Shown: in pieces, positions 49,783-62,859 of the stretch
Position numbering within the stretch: position 1 is the stretch's first letter
Layout of the letters: each line of letters starts with the position of its first letter
Source of the DNA: Raja brachyura
Lineage: Eukaryota
Reading direction: 5' to 3'
Assembly: GCA_963514005.1 (NCBI GenBank)
Contig: OY740787.1
Location: 72,106,001-72,170,000, forward strand
Length of the DNA stretch: 64,000 bases
Notes under the pieces: generated by a model
Databases searched by the model: none
Told to the model about the DNA's origin: nothing
The model's input: the letters and a program-made list of their open reading frames with translations, nothing else
Position numbers and translations under genes: made by a program

Positions 49783-51252
49783 GGGTACACAAAATGCTGG
49801 AGAAACGAAGCGGGTGCAGCAGCATCTATGGAGCGAAGGAGATACGCAACGTTTCGGGCCAAAACCCTTCTTCGGAATGATGGGAGGCGGGGGGAAGAAG
49901 GGAAAAAGGAGGAGGCTGAGGGAGAGGTAGGAAGGGGAGGAGACAGCAAGGGTTAACGGAATTGAGAGAATTCAATGTTCGTGCCAAGAGGATGCAGACT
50001 CCCCAAGCAGAATATGAGGTGCTGTTCCTCCAATTTGCGGTGTTGCTCACTCTGGGCGTGGAGGAGGCCCAGGGCAGAGAGGTCGGATACGGAATGGGAG
50101 GGGGAGTTAGTGCTGAGCCACCGGGAGGTTGGGTTGGTTATTGCGGACCGAGCTGAGGTGTTCGGCGAAATGATCGCCAAGCCTCCGCTTGGTCTCACCG
50201 ATATAGATCAGTTGACATCTAGAGCAGCGGATGCAATAGATGAGGTTGGAGGAGGTGCAGGTGAACCTCTGTCGGACCTGGAACGCCTGCCTGGGTCCTT
50301 GAAAGGAGTGGAGGGGGGAGGTAAAGTGACAAGTGTAGCATCTCTTGCGGTTGCAAGGGAAAGTGCCCGGGGAAGGGGTGGAGCTGGAGGGAAGGGAAGA
50401 ATTGATAAGGGAGTTGCGGTTTGTAGAAGGCAGACGGGGGGGAGATGGGAAGATGTGGAGAGTGGTGGGATCGCGTTGGAGGTAGCGAAACTGGCGTAGC
50501 TGGGGTCCATGCGTGTGCCCATAACTACGCCTTGTATTGGGTGGAGGCAAAAGAGAAGTTATTGAGTGTAAGGACTAACTCCGCAAGCGGAGGAGAGTGT
50601 CAGTGGACGGGTATGGGTTGCTCCTCCAGTTGAGGAAGAACCGGAGGGCTTTGAGACCATCCTAATAGGGGATGGAGGTGTAGTGATTGGACGTCCATGG
50701 TGAAGATGAGAGGATGGGGGTCTGGAGAATGGAATGCGCAGAGAGTGTCTGAGGTGTCTTGAACATAGGTGGGGAGGGATTTAACCAAGGGGGATAGGAT
50801 GGAAGTAAGGTATGTGGAAATGAGTTCGATGGGGCACGAACAGGCAGAGACAATGGGTCTCCCGGGGCAGTCGGGTTTGTGAATTTTGGGGAGAAGGTAA
50901 AATCGGGCCATGCGGGGCTAGGGAACGATGAGGTTGGAGGCTCGGAGGGGCAGGGAGCCGGAGTTGATGAAGTCGTGATGGTGCTCGAGATTGTGGCCTT
51001 GTGCTCGTCAGTGGGGTCATGGGGGGGGGGGAGTGGAGAAGTTGAGGTGGTTGATGTCACAACGGCAGTTTTGGATAAAGAGTTCCTAAGCTGGAGGGCC
51101 ACAATGAAGGGTCCACGAGGAGAGGGTACCTTGGAGACGGGAAAAGGGATCATCAATGGGGGGGCAAGGACTTCTTCCCATGGAAGAACACGGTGAGGCG
51201 GAGGCAACGGTAGAAGAGCTCCAGGTCGTGGTGGGTGTGGAACTCATTGATT
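49783..51252 (-). mobile_element. Penelope-like retroelement (RT + GIY-YIG), internally deleted
   Basis: Minus-strand RT motifs: FYLLPKIHKP..PGRPIVS, IFTMDVQSL, MGTRM.PSYA. GIY-YIG/Zn motifs: PCNRKRCYTC, NLIYCIRCSRCQLIYIGETKRRL. The 3' end has a mutated hammerhead core at about 49848-49875. Confidence 0.92.
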
Positions 51253-52401
51253 TGATATAAATGGCTAACAGCTGTTGTGAGCTGTGCATAGCAAAATTAG
51301 TTTAATGAGGTAAAATTGGAGAGCGAGTCGACGAAACATTGGTGATGAGCATTATATATTTTTAAAGGGCAGCGTGATCAGAAACGGGATTTGGGCTATT
51401 CAATCCTCTGCCTGCTTCATTCAAAAAATCTTGTTCGATCTTCAGCATTACAGAACATTGGAGTTGTCAAATCTTAAAATAATCTGTACCAGAAAGATTT
51501 CAGCAGCAGGCATATTAACGCACGGATGAATGCAATTACTACCACTTTTATATAAAACAGGATAGAAATAGAAAGCTTAGTTATTGATTTAATTAGATAC
51601 AGGTTTCCATTGGTCTGATTGGGACTGACATTTTGGCAGATTGTTGACAATTAGATGTTGGATAGACTCCTTCAGTTGCCCAGATCTTAGGGAAGGGTCA
51701 AGAGAATTGGAGCTGTTATGTCTTGTTGAGCTAAAATAAAATCACAATATGATTGCTGGTATAACTTTGGTTATTATTACAAGGTTTTTTCACTATATTT
51801 AAGCACTTATGTTGGATATTATGAATCTTGCGACTGGACAATTTACTGAGGATTTATAAAAGTATTTGGCGTAATTTGTTAGAATCTAGGCAGTCAATGC
51901 AATTAAGTTCCTATAAAATAGTTTAGGATAAATCATGTACCAATGAAAACACGTACTGCAGTGCACATTTATGGTTACAGCAGATGGGGTGCTTTAACCT
52001 AAATGGTCACTTTGAAAAACAATGTAGTTGTGTGTAAGGTGCAGCAATTTTACCTTGATTTACAACAAAAGTTTAAAACTTTATGCAGTGTAAAGTCTTA
52101 CATTATGTATTTGTAATTAATTATGGCAGTATTACTTTAATTACACTGACCAAAAATAGAAAACCAATACCTTTTTCACAATATATAAGGAAAAACATTA
52201 AGCTTAGGTGGAGGTGGTGGTGCAGTGGTTGGAATGTTCAAAAGGGGAAAGGTTTAACTGAAGCAGCAAAATAAACTGAGACCCAGTGTCAAATCAAAAT
52301 GGTTAAGTAAGGAGTTGACGCTCCTCTCTTCACCTAAACTGAGGTAGGTGGAAAAAGGAAAGAGTATGGTGACATTCACCGTTCTTTTTCTTTCCCCCCT
52401 T

Positions 52402-52717
52402 TTTAGACTTTTACTTTAGACTGTATAGATACAGCGTGGAAACGGGCACTTTGGCCCGGCGGGTCTGTGACAACCAGCGATCACCCCGCACACTAGTACT
52501 ATCCTACACACTAGGGACAATTTTAGAATTTACCAAGTCCAATAAACCTACTAACCTGCACGTCTTTGGAGTGTGAGAAGAAACCGGAGCACCCGGAGAA
52601 AACCCATGCTATCACAGCGAGAACATACCAACTCCGTACAGACAGCACCTGTAGTCAGGATTGAACCAGGATCTCCAGCACCGTAAGGCAGCAACTCTAC
52701 TGCTGTGCCACTGTGCT
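52402..52717 (-). mobile_element. HE1-type V-SINE
   Basis: The minus strand reads GCACAGTGGCACAGCAGTAGAG...GGTTCAATCC, then the V-domain and a CR1-derived tail. Confidence 0.85.
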
Positions 52718-54249
52718 GCATTTTCTTGGTATTTTGTTCTTCTTTTCCTCCTCCCTACCTGCAAACAGTTTTTAGGGAGATGTTTGAGTACCTCTGAAAG
52801 CCATGCGGTCAAGAATGATGGGCTTGTCGGGTAGTATGAATGGTACCCTGAAAGCTAAGGCAGCAATGGTGTCTCATTTGTCAGGACATCAGTTTAGTTA
52901 TTGTCTTGTATACAGAAACACAGGGAATTGCTTGTTCTGCATGCTAGCCTGTCACATCATACTATACACGTGAACCTCCTCTGGAACAGAAATCGTCACC
53001 ACGTTCTGGTGCTATCTTTCCAACTTCCAAGTCTCTGAAAAATCTTATCTTGGCTGAAGGAGATGTGCAATTTCTAATTTTTGCAGAATTCTAGTATCCT
53101 TGCAATGCCTAAGTTTCAGTATCCTGGCAGCACTGGATTATTGAAGTAGCAGTCGGCCTGTATAGCTCGATGATGTTGGCTGCTTCCATTGCCGCTCCTT
53201 AAGCTGCCACAGGTTGCACTCTATTCACTCCCTCACCAGATTGCCAGAGGACCTCCTACAGCCTCCTCCACAAACCCCACAATCGCTGCAAACATGTCAT
53301 TTGTCAGGTCGTGAGTCTGGATGGATCAGAAATATAAAGAATTCTACCAAATCATGGTCTGAGTTGCAGGGAGCACTGATGGAAAGTGGGTTTTCACAAA
53401 ATTTCTCAGCACAGCAATGTGAAAGACAGTTGAACACCCTACAATAGAGGGTCAAAAATTCTGCACGACTTTAGTGCTATGTGGAATAAATGCAGCAATG
53501 CAGTTATAATTACCTGGGATGTTGTCAAAGTTCATTATGTTAATTGATATATTTTAGGAAGGATTAATGGTGTTTTTACCTGAACTGGGTCCTGTGTAGT
53601 GGCTGATGTACACCAGCTTACTTGATCTTTAACAGTTGTCATCAGCACCTCTTGGGGAAATTTTACATACAAAGGGCAGCTGTGTTTTGGAGAACGTGTT
53701 GTAGAGCAATGCCCCATTTGCAATAGTTTGGTTGAATTGCACACACAATTTGCAATTTTACTTGTGCTCTTATGGAATTTGCTAAATGGGTGATGATGAG
53801 GCTATCAGTTCTCATAGATATGGTGGAGGAAATCTGAGAGCATCCTTTGGAATATACAGAAATACATTCAAAATCGCAATTTCTTGTTACTCCGTTCTTC
53901 TACAGGGCACAGTTTTGCTGGATGTAATTGGAAGAATTGATGAATTGCTGAAGTACTTATAAACTGTTCTATCTATATAAAAACAAGCTCTGAGGATTTT
54001 GCTCTTCGTATGAAATGCAATTGAGTTTTTATTGGCATGCAAAGCCCCAACTACTTCACATTCTCTTTGGCTGACGTAAAATTAATTTTTGTGTTCGGTA
54101 TTGAATTTGGTTGGAATTAAAATTTCCTATTCAAATTACTTTTTGTCTTTTGGTGTTTGGTTTCTTAGTTTTAAATCTTGTGTTTGTTTAAATCTGCCAT
54201 TCTATATATCATCATAGTTGATCTGCCCTTCATTGATTATGGCAGGAAT

Positions 54250-55495
54250 CAACTCCCGCACCTGCTTCAATTTGTCTATAGCCACAAAAAGTCAAAAGCA
54301 GGTGCTATTTTACTAGCTCTCCACTTTGGTCTGGACCATCTGGATAACATGAACGTGTATATTCGGCTACTGTTCACTGACTGCAGCTTTGCATACAGTG
54401 CAATAAAACTCTCCAAACTTGTCAAGTTGCAAGCCCTGGGCCTCTATAATTCCAAGAATCAATGTCACTGGCTCCTTGCCTTCATTGGCAGACCTCAGTC
54501 GAGGATCTGGAACTTTTCCTCCTTTATGACAATCAATACAAGTGCTTAACCTCCACAGCTTTACCCTCTTCACACTCAGGACTGTAATGCTAAGCACAGC
54601 ATTCTGCCCACACATCTGATATAACACAACTGTTAGCCGAATCATGGGTGATGATGAGTCAACATATGGGAGAGAGAGACAACACCTGGTTGTGTGGTGT
54701 CGCTCAATGTCAACAAAATTGAAGAAATTGTCATTGACTTCAGAAAGGGCAAGTCTGGAGACTACTTACCAGTTTTCAATGATGGGTCGAAAGTGAAGAG
54801 AGTTAGCAGCTTCAACTTCATGCGCCTTAACATCTCTGATGTCTTGACCTAGGCACAACATATAAATGTAATCACGAAGAAGATGCACCAATGCCTCGAC
54901 TTTCTTGGAAATTTGAATCGACTTGGTATGTCACTGAATACTCAAACTTCTACAGATGCACTGCGGGATATATCCTGAGTCGTTGCACATGGTCTGATAT
55001 GGAAATTCCAATGTACAGGAACCCAAGGGCTGCATAGACTGGTGGATTGAGGCTAGCTCTCCCTACCATCAAAAGCATCTTCATGAAGTACTGCCTCAAG
55101 AATCAAGGATCCTCACCATCTTTGTCATGCCCTCTTCTTGCTGCTACCATTGTGCAGGAAGTACGGAAGTGTGCAGTCCTTCATCACCAGGTGTGGGAAT
55201 AGTTACAGTACTTTCTTATGACCATCAGGTTCTTGAACTGACCCGCACAATCCTAATCCTACCTCAGCAACAACGGACCACCTCTTGCCCTAGCTTGTTT
55301 TCTATTGTATTTTTTTTGTACTAATGTCTTTTTTTGCAATCTTTTTCTTTTTGCTGTCTTGAATTATTTGTGTATAATTTGATTTTCTGTGCTTGTCTAA
55401 GTCTACTTGCCTGTGATGCTGCTTCAGGCACGATTTTCATTGTGCTTGTACCTCACATTACTAGTGTATGACAATAAATACTTGACTGACTGACT
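54250..55495 (+). mobile_element. Old Rex1/Babar LINE 3' half
   Basis: QFVY, HLDN...YIRLLF.D.S.A; the tail is GACAATAAA followed by (TGAC)n. Confidence 0.75.
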
Positions 55496-55912
55496 TCTCC
55501 CTGATCTTGTGACTATATTCCACCCCCCCATCTTTCTGTATTTTCCCATTATTGGAAACATCTTGACATCTACTCTTAGGATCATGTATGTTTCAATAAA
55601 GTCACCCCTCATTCTTCTAAACTTGGGATTCATGTACAAAAATATCCCGATCCCTTCTTTGCTCATCTGCCTTTGTAATTTCTCTTACCAGAGCGTGACC
55701 CAACGCTTTGCACCTTAAACTCCATTTGCCAACATTTTGCTCACTCAACACGTGCTCTTACCTATATTCTGTTGCTGATTTCAACTTTATCTTGTTCACG
55801 CAGGGCATTTTTGTGCCAAAGGCAAACTCTCAAATTCCCTATTGCTGATTTGGTATCAAATGATACCCCTAATTGATAAATCTATGCCAAAGTGATCTCT
55901 TTATTTTTCTGG

Positions 55913-55999
55913 TAGACAAACATGCTGGAGAAACTCAGCGGCTGAGGCAGCATCTATGGAGCGAAGGAAATGGGCAACGTTTCGGGTCGAGACCCTTCT
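55913..55999 (-). mobile_element. 87-bp PLE-derived insert
   Basis: 13-bp TSD TTTATTTT(T/A)CTGG at 55900-55912 and 56000-56012 (one mismatch); the 5' end lies inside the hammerhead core. Confidence 0.75.
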
Positions 56000-56382
56000 T
56001 TTATTTTACTGGGCAGTTTACAAGGTTAGCATCAAGTACGATTGCTGCTACTGATCAGAACATTGTTGCTGCACCACCTTCGTCCAAAGCCTCTTTAGCT
56101 CCATTGAATATATTGGAAAGCAGTCTCTGATTATTTGGATGAAATTACACAAAGTGCTGGAATAACTCGGCAGGTCAGCAAGCATCCCTGGAGAAAAGGA
56201 ATAGGGGATGTTTCAGGCATGGATAGGTGATGTTTTAGGTCAAGACCCTCTTCAGATTAATTGGTGATGTTATGGGTTGAGGCCATCCTTTAGGCTGATG
56301 ATTTCTGCCTCATGACAGATTGATTAATCCCGACTTTACCTTCATATAATCTTGACCATTATCCCATGATATGTCCTGCCAC

Positions 56383-56993
56383 TTAAAATGTTGAGAAATA
56401 TTTCTTCCAATCTGCACTGGGAGTTACAGCTGTGACATCACAATGGGATTCCCATTTACAACAAAAAAAATCTCTGTCCCCGATAAAAGCACACAGACAC
56501 ATACATGGACTGGGCCCGGAGCCGCACTCCTCCCTCCCCTTCCCACCGTTGCGGGAAACAAGGCCCAACGGGTCCCACTTGGGGTAGGGAGGGGAGAGGG
56601 GTTATGGACAATGTTAACGAAGTCAGGACTCCCAGTCCAATAAGAGATTAGTAACATTGTTGTAAGGAGAGGGAGGGTGTGGGGGGAGGGGGCTCAGAGA
56701 GGATTGTTTAATGTTATTTAAACAGAGGGAGAGGAGGAGGGTTTAGGGAGGGAGTGAGGGCAGGGGAAAGAGGAAGAGGAGGGAGTGTTGGGGGATGAGG
56801 GGAAATGAGCCAAACGTGCGCAGTTGGGGGCTATGCATAAGTAGTGGAATATTGCGTTGAGAGAACAGGTGAGTGGTGGGAAAGGCTTGCGTTGGGGGAA
56901 CGGATGAGTGGTGCAATATTGTTTTGGGGGAACGGATGAGTGGTGCAATATTGCGTTGGGGGAACGGGGCCCAACTGGTCCCACTTGGCCTGG
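56383..56993 (+). mobile_element. Helitron remnant with two serial 3' ends
   Basis: Body motif GTGACATCACAATGGGAT. First end: GGCCC-AAC-GGGTCC CACTTGGGGTAG (about 56562-56587). Second end: GGGGCC-CAACT-GGTCCC ACTTGGC-CTGG|T (56990-56993, fits CTRR). Confidence 0.65.
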
Positions 56994-57607
56994 TTGTCTC
57001 TAAATTCCACTCGTTCAAAGTTGATTTTTTTTAGAATCCCTCCATCATTGTTGATCTTGGGAAGGTGGATTTTTAACTTGAAGATTATTGTGGCGATGGA
57101 ATCAAATATTCACAAATTATGACCCAGGAGGGAGTTATACCAGTTGGGTTTAATCTGTTTTTGTCAATGGAAGTAACGTTCAATTTATATTTAGCCATCT
57201 GGGGAAAATGGCCCTCCTTGGTATGTTGGTAAATTGTTCTAATATATCCATACATTTGATGGTGTGTTTGCCAATTGAACTTAAAATCAATTATTGGCCT
57301 GTTCATATTCAAATTGGCCAGATAAAACTGGCAGCTGAAAATGAAAAGCCACTTATCGTCTGATCTCTTGCTCTTGATATTAATCAGATAATAACATGAA
57401 TTTGGTGATAATGGTACATTCTGGAGACATTGAATCAGTATAAAATATAACTTGGGTAATAACTGAAGATCTACTGTATCCGTTGTTCAAGATGTGGATT
57501 CGTACACATCGGCGAGGCCAGAAGCAGACTGGGTGATCGTTTCGAGGAACACCTTTGCTCAGCCTGCGTGAAGCTACCTGATTTCCTGGTTGCTTTTTGA
57601 TCAACGT

Positions 57608-57765
57608 TAAGAGGTTAGATTTAGCTCTTAGGGCGAACGGAATTGAGAGATATGCAGATAAAGCAGGAACGGGGTACTGACTTTGGATGATCAGCCATGA
57701 TCATATTGAATGGTGGTGCTAGCTCGAAGGGCCGAAAGGCCTACTCCACAGATTTTCTATGTTTC
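57608..57765 (+). mobile_element. CR1 3' tail fragment
   Basis: AAGAGGTTAGAT...GAAGGGCCGAAAGGCCTACTCC...TTTCTATGTTTC. Confidence 0.8.
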
Positions 57766-58785
57766 TTTGTTAAATCTTGGCGATGTTATAGCTATCTGTG
57801 TACCTTCTGTTCGCAAAACAAATTACTATCTTTTAAGCTGTATAATTTATACTCTAGTCACTGAGGAGAGGCGAAGGAGTTTATGCTGCACTTGCATTAA
57901 TATATGTAACTTTTTTAAAGGTAGATTTCATTTTGCCACTTATAATGGGTTTATATTTTAGCTTTCTGAAAATTCCCAGTGTGTGGTAGTTTCACCAGAA
58001 GGAGTGCAAAATTTGGACGCAGTTGTGTATTAGAAAGCAGGCTGAATGCATTACATTATCGCAGCACAATTTACTGATTTAATTGCATTAGCAAGGAATT
58101 CAAAGGTGTTTGTAAAACTTGCTGTATTGCCAGAACAAAAGAGTAGCTGATCTAGCGAGTTCAGTTGAAGGTCACAAGTGACCGGTCCCTTTACTTAACA
58201 GACAAATAATAGACCGATAATGCAGAGTTTGGTGCAGTTGACTTAATGACTATTATTGTTTCCAAGATACTACTCATTTTTAATTTTAGATGCATATGAG
58301 GAATTATTTGCAAGTACCCTATTGATACTTGTTGCATTTAATCCTCACATGCTGTGAGGAGTCAATAATTTTGAATGTGGAAGTTAATATATTAATTTCA
58401 GGTTTTTTTAAAAAACACAGCAGGTCAGGATTTAGGAAATATCTGAAATATTTAAGGATTTTTAGAGGTCAAAATTGAGGCTGGGACTTAACACATGGAA
58501 TACAAGAAGCTGAAATAGCACTAGCTCAAAAATGCAAATTTTAAGTTTCTGTATTTTGTCATGAAATGCAGCAAATGATGCTTGATTTCATTAAATATGT
58601 TTTCAAGGCCGGAGAAGTTGTTAAGCAATTAGTAATCCACTTAAACTCCATTGAGTATCATTCCGCATGTATTGCAAATCCTGAGTGACTATTCTTACAA
58701 TACAAATAGTTATTAAAATTAAAGTTATACAATGTTATTTTTGTTGATGAAAACTACAATGAGGGACTGTAGAAGAGCTATGTAT

Positions 58786-59270
58786 AACTTACTTACATAC
58801 ATTTTATTACAGACCCAAGTCCAGGTAAAGGACAAGACATTACATAGAATAAATTGCATACAAAAGAACAATAAATTATATACAAAAGCACTGTAAATTA
58901 CTTACAAAAGCACAATAAATTGCATACAAAGGCACAATACATGGTTTAAGATCAAGAAGTAAAAAATCAGTGTCCTACAACGAGACAACTATACCAATGT
59001 CTCCACAGCTGGGATTGGTAGCGTGTAGTGCTAAACATTATGTTTGATAAGGCCGAGATGATTTCACTATCTGTCATTAATCCGGCAAATAAATTTATGC
59101 ATAAGATTTCTTAAGACAGTTTCTAAAGCATTGACTCCTGCAGCCACAAACATTTCACTTGCACTACACCATCTGGGTCTCTTAAGTAATATTCTCATGG
59201 CATTATTATAAGCTACTTTAAGTCTCTGTAAGTTTGCTTTTCTGTACTTTGACAGTAGGTGTGCAGTTTT
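58786..59270 (-). mobile_element. Non-LTR retrotransposon 3' end, probably RTEX-like
   Basis: The ORF TAHL..KYRKANLQRLKVAYNNAMRILLKRPRWCSASEMFV resembles LINE RT C-termini seen in fish. AATAAA plus a (GTAA)n tail; four 22-bp tandem repeats at 58848-58935 in the 3' UTR. The clade assignment is from memory. Confidence 0.55.
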
Positions 59271-60062
59271 CATGATTTCTGCAGTGTACTATGCATGTGT
59301 AGGTGGAACCAGTTGCTGGTTTAATAATGTTATATTGGTTTTGCCATGATCATAAATGTAAAATTTGATCTGTGTGCTATTTATAGTAATTTGCTAGTCC
59401 TGCAGAATTTAAATTTTGTGAGAGGACTTTACAGGCAAAATTGTTTTGGTGATGAGCTATGCTTGTTCCTTACCAAATTCTTGTAATCAATACTAGTTCC
59501 TTTATCATAAATTAAAAAGATATGAAGATAAGCATAAACAATTTGTGGCTATCTCTGGCAGGGATAATGTTTCAAACCACAGCTGCTGCCAGACTTTGCA
59601 ACCACACTCTTTTAAAGAGAGAGGACATTGAATGATCTGTGAAATTAATATAGCCTTTGTACTGACAATTATGGTCAGTCTTCCATTCTTCAATATTGGA
59701 CAGTATTTTTGACATGAAAATAGAAGTTCAAAGTCTAGTCCTGTTGCAGTCAGATAGAATGCAGTTAATGGAAAGGAGAGTTTGATTGCAATGTATTTGG
59801 CCTGAACTTTCTTTCCTACCACTTTGCTGATTGGTTTTAGTTCTGTGCTTTGAGGGAGACATCCAGGATTGCTGGGGACTTTTTTTAATGTTTGTAATGA
59901 CTTGGGTTTGATGACATGAAACTTAAAAGTTATAAACGGAGAGAATAATATCAATAGATTTCAAAAGTACACAGACATGGCAGGTTAAGTTTCAACAGAA
60001 TTGCAAGTGTTGCAATATTGAAAGGAGGAATGGAGGAAACAAATGAAATAAGGCTGGAGTAA

Positions 60063-60364
60063 ATGGCCTGTCCCACTGTACGAGCTAATTCAAGAGTTCT
60101 CCCGAGTTTCCCCTGATTCGAACACGGAGAATTACGGTAATAGTCGCTCGTAGGTACTCGGGGCTCTCGTGGACATTTTTCAACATGTTGCAAAATCTTC
60201 ATGAGCTTACCGCGTTTTCTGAGTACCTGCCGTTAGCGTTACGAGCTGCTAAGAGATGTTCCGACGTACCCGCTACGTACATTCTACGTGTTTACCACGA
60301 GTTTGATTTCATTTTTAAAACTTGGGAGAGCTCTTGAATTGCCTTGTACAGTGGGACAGGCCCT
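60063..60364. mobile_element. MITE, probably PIF/Harbinger-type (about 300 bp)
   Basis: Imperfect TIRs of about 45 bp, GGCCTGTCCCACTGTAC...GTACAGTGGGACAGGCC, flanked by TAA and TTA. Central palindrome TTTTCAACATGTTGCAAAA. Confidence 0.8.
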
Positions 60365-60458
60365 TTACTCAGATGCATGTACGTTGCAATTTTAATGTAG
60401 ATGAAGGAACAGAGTATACATGCTGAAATCCTTGAAGGCGTTTTGCGAATTAAGATGA

Positions 60459-60745
60459 CCGCACAGTGGCTCAGCGGTACAGTTGCTACCTTACAGCGTC
60501 AGAGGCCTGGGTTCGTTTCTGATTGTGGGTGCTGTCAGTATGGAGTTTATACATTCTCCCCGTGACGCATGGGTTTCATCTGGGTGTTCCAGTTTCCTCC
60601 TACATCCCAGACATGTGGGTTTGAAAGTTAATTGGCTTCTTTAAATTGTCCCTATTGTGTAGGATAGAACTAGGGGATGGGTAACCAATCCTTGGTCCGG
60701 GTAGCCGGAAGGCCAGTTTTCACGCTGCACCTCTAAACTAAACTC
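60459..60745 (+). mobile_element. HE1-type V-SINE (older)
   Basis: GCACAGTGGCTCAGCGGTA...GGTTCG..., V-domain GCATGGGTTTC and a (TAAAC)n tail. Confidence 0.8.
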
Positions 60746-61659
60746 TGTTGAAATTGCCGGGAGGGATTCAAAATTATATTTCATGAATAGGGCATGTTTT
60801 ACACTGGGCAGCAACTAAAGAAAACTGATTTAAGTTGATTGTTGAATGTAAGGCTTCCAAGCTCAGTTGTTGTGCGCTGACTGGAATGCACTGCTTGATG
60901 CAAGTTAATTTCGCAATAGAGTTGAATTAATGTGGATGGAGAGATCATTTACAGGATTGTGGGAAAAGAATGGGGATATGAGATTAATTGGCTTCATGAC
61001 GATCAGAGTGGCCTCCTCTTATGTAATTCGGCTATTTAATACATTCTAAATTATTCAAATTTAATTTTATGTTTAAGTATTAATACAATATTACATTGCA
61101 GCTGCAGTTATTTTAAGTTTGTGCTTATTTTTCATAGCATTGTATTTATTCTCTGCTCCACTGTCCATGCTTATTGGATATTTTTTCTAATGTTCAAACT
61201 TGCATGAACTTCAATTTCCTGTAGTTAATGTAGGCATCTTGGGATCATCACAAAGTCCTTAGTCTTGACACTGATTTCATGTTCTCAACATCTGATACTT
61301 CAGGGTTAAAGCTGTTTGCTGTATTGAATTTACAATTATTTCTGTAATTTAAAATGCAATTGTTTTATCATGAAGATTATTGACATTGCCCTTGCAGGGG
61401 TTCCCTTGATTACTAATGACTTAATTTACAGAAAACTGACGTTACTCAAATATTCCCGTGTATTTTCAAGCTAGTAATATGAATAATAAAATGTTTCATA
61501 ATATTCATTAGGATACCACTAACAGACTAGAAGTAGTAATCCAATTTCAATGAAATGAAAGTATTATACCAAGTGTAGGTAGAGTGGTATGACAGGGGCA
61601 GTACAGTGACAGCAGAGAAAACACAAAACCTGGCCACACACTAATGTCAGTCAAAGCGA

Positions 61660-62859
61660 AGTGAAACAAACTTTATTGTCATTTAGAAATACATCAATAT
61701 ATGCAATTCCAAACGAAATTCTGTTGCATTTGGCTGCCTGTGCAACACGATAATTAACAGAAGGATAAACTGGAAAAAAAAATGGATAAAAGGATAAATA
61801 GACAATGGTGGCAGCCCATTACATGGCATTCAGGAGTCTGATGGCTCGTGGGAAGAAGCTGTTGCAGAACCTTGATGTTCTGCTCCTTATGCTACGATAT
61901 CTTTTGCCCGAGGGCAGCAGAGTGAACCGTCCGTGATGGAGATGTGCGGGGTCTTTTATAATACTGCTGGCCTTAGACATGCAACGTTTGGTCGCAGTAT
62001 CCCCCGATTGAGGGGAGAGAAGTCCCGATGATTTTTTCCGCTGTCCTCACCACTCTCTGCACGGACTTCCAGTCGGAGGCTTTACAGTCCCCAAACCAGA
62101 CAGATACAGCTGGTCAAAATACTCTATGGTGCCCCTGTAGAAAGTGGTGAGGATGGGACGGGGGAGGTGAGCTCTTCTCATCTGGCGCAGAAAGTGCAAC
62201 CGCTGCTGCGCTCTCTTAACTGTTGATGAGATGTTATTTGACCAGGTCAGACTGTTAGTGATCTGCACCCCCAGGAACTTAGTGCTACTGACCACCTCCT
62301 CATCACTGTCATTGATGTGAAGTGGTGTGGGACTGTGCCGGTTTTTCCTGAGGTCGACGATGACCTCCTTTGTTTTTTCGACATTCAGGATCAGGTTGTT
62401 CGTATTGGATCAGTCCACCAGTTGTTTCACCTCCTCCCTGTAAGCCAGCTCATTGTCGTCCCGGATGAGGCCCACCACTGTTGTGTCATCTGCGTACTTC
62501 ATGATGTGGTTTGTACTAAACCTGGCACAACAGTCGTGGGTAAACAGCAGTGGACTCGGGACACAGCCCTGAGGGGAGCCGGTGCTCAGAGAGATGATGT
62601 TAGAGGTGTTATTTCCAACCCTCACTGACTGGGGTCTGTCAGTGAGCAAGTCTAGTAGCCAGTTACACATGGGGGTGGGCCTATTGGAACCAGTTTGCTT
62701 ATCAGGTGCTGAGGGATAATTGTGTTGAATGCTGAACTAAAATCCACGAACAGCATTCGCACAAGTGTTCTTCTCCTCTAGATGTTCCAGGCTCAGATGG
62801 AGTACGGAGGATATAGCGTCCTCTGTGGAGCTGTTTGGCCTGTGAGCAAACTGGTATGG
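61660..62859 (-). mobile_element. Rex1/Babar LINE 3' half
   Basis: Minus-strand ORFs contain [35 protein letters not shown] and [10 protein letters not shown]; AATAAA tail. Confidence 0.88.

Noticed and set aside
53790-53840. Box C (GTGATGA) and box D (CTGA) pair suggesting an intronic C/D snoRNA
   Set aside because: Only about 50 nt long, with no convincing terminal stem or recognisable rRNA-complementary guide.
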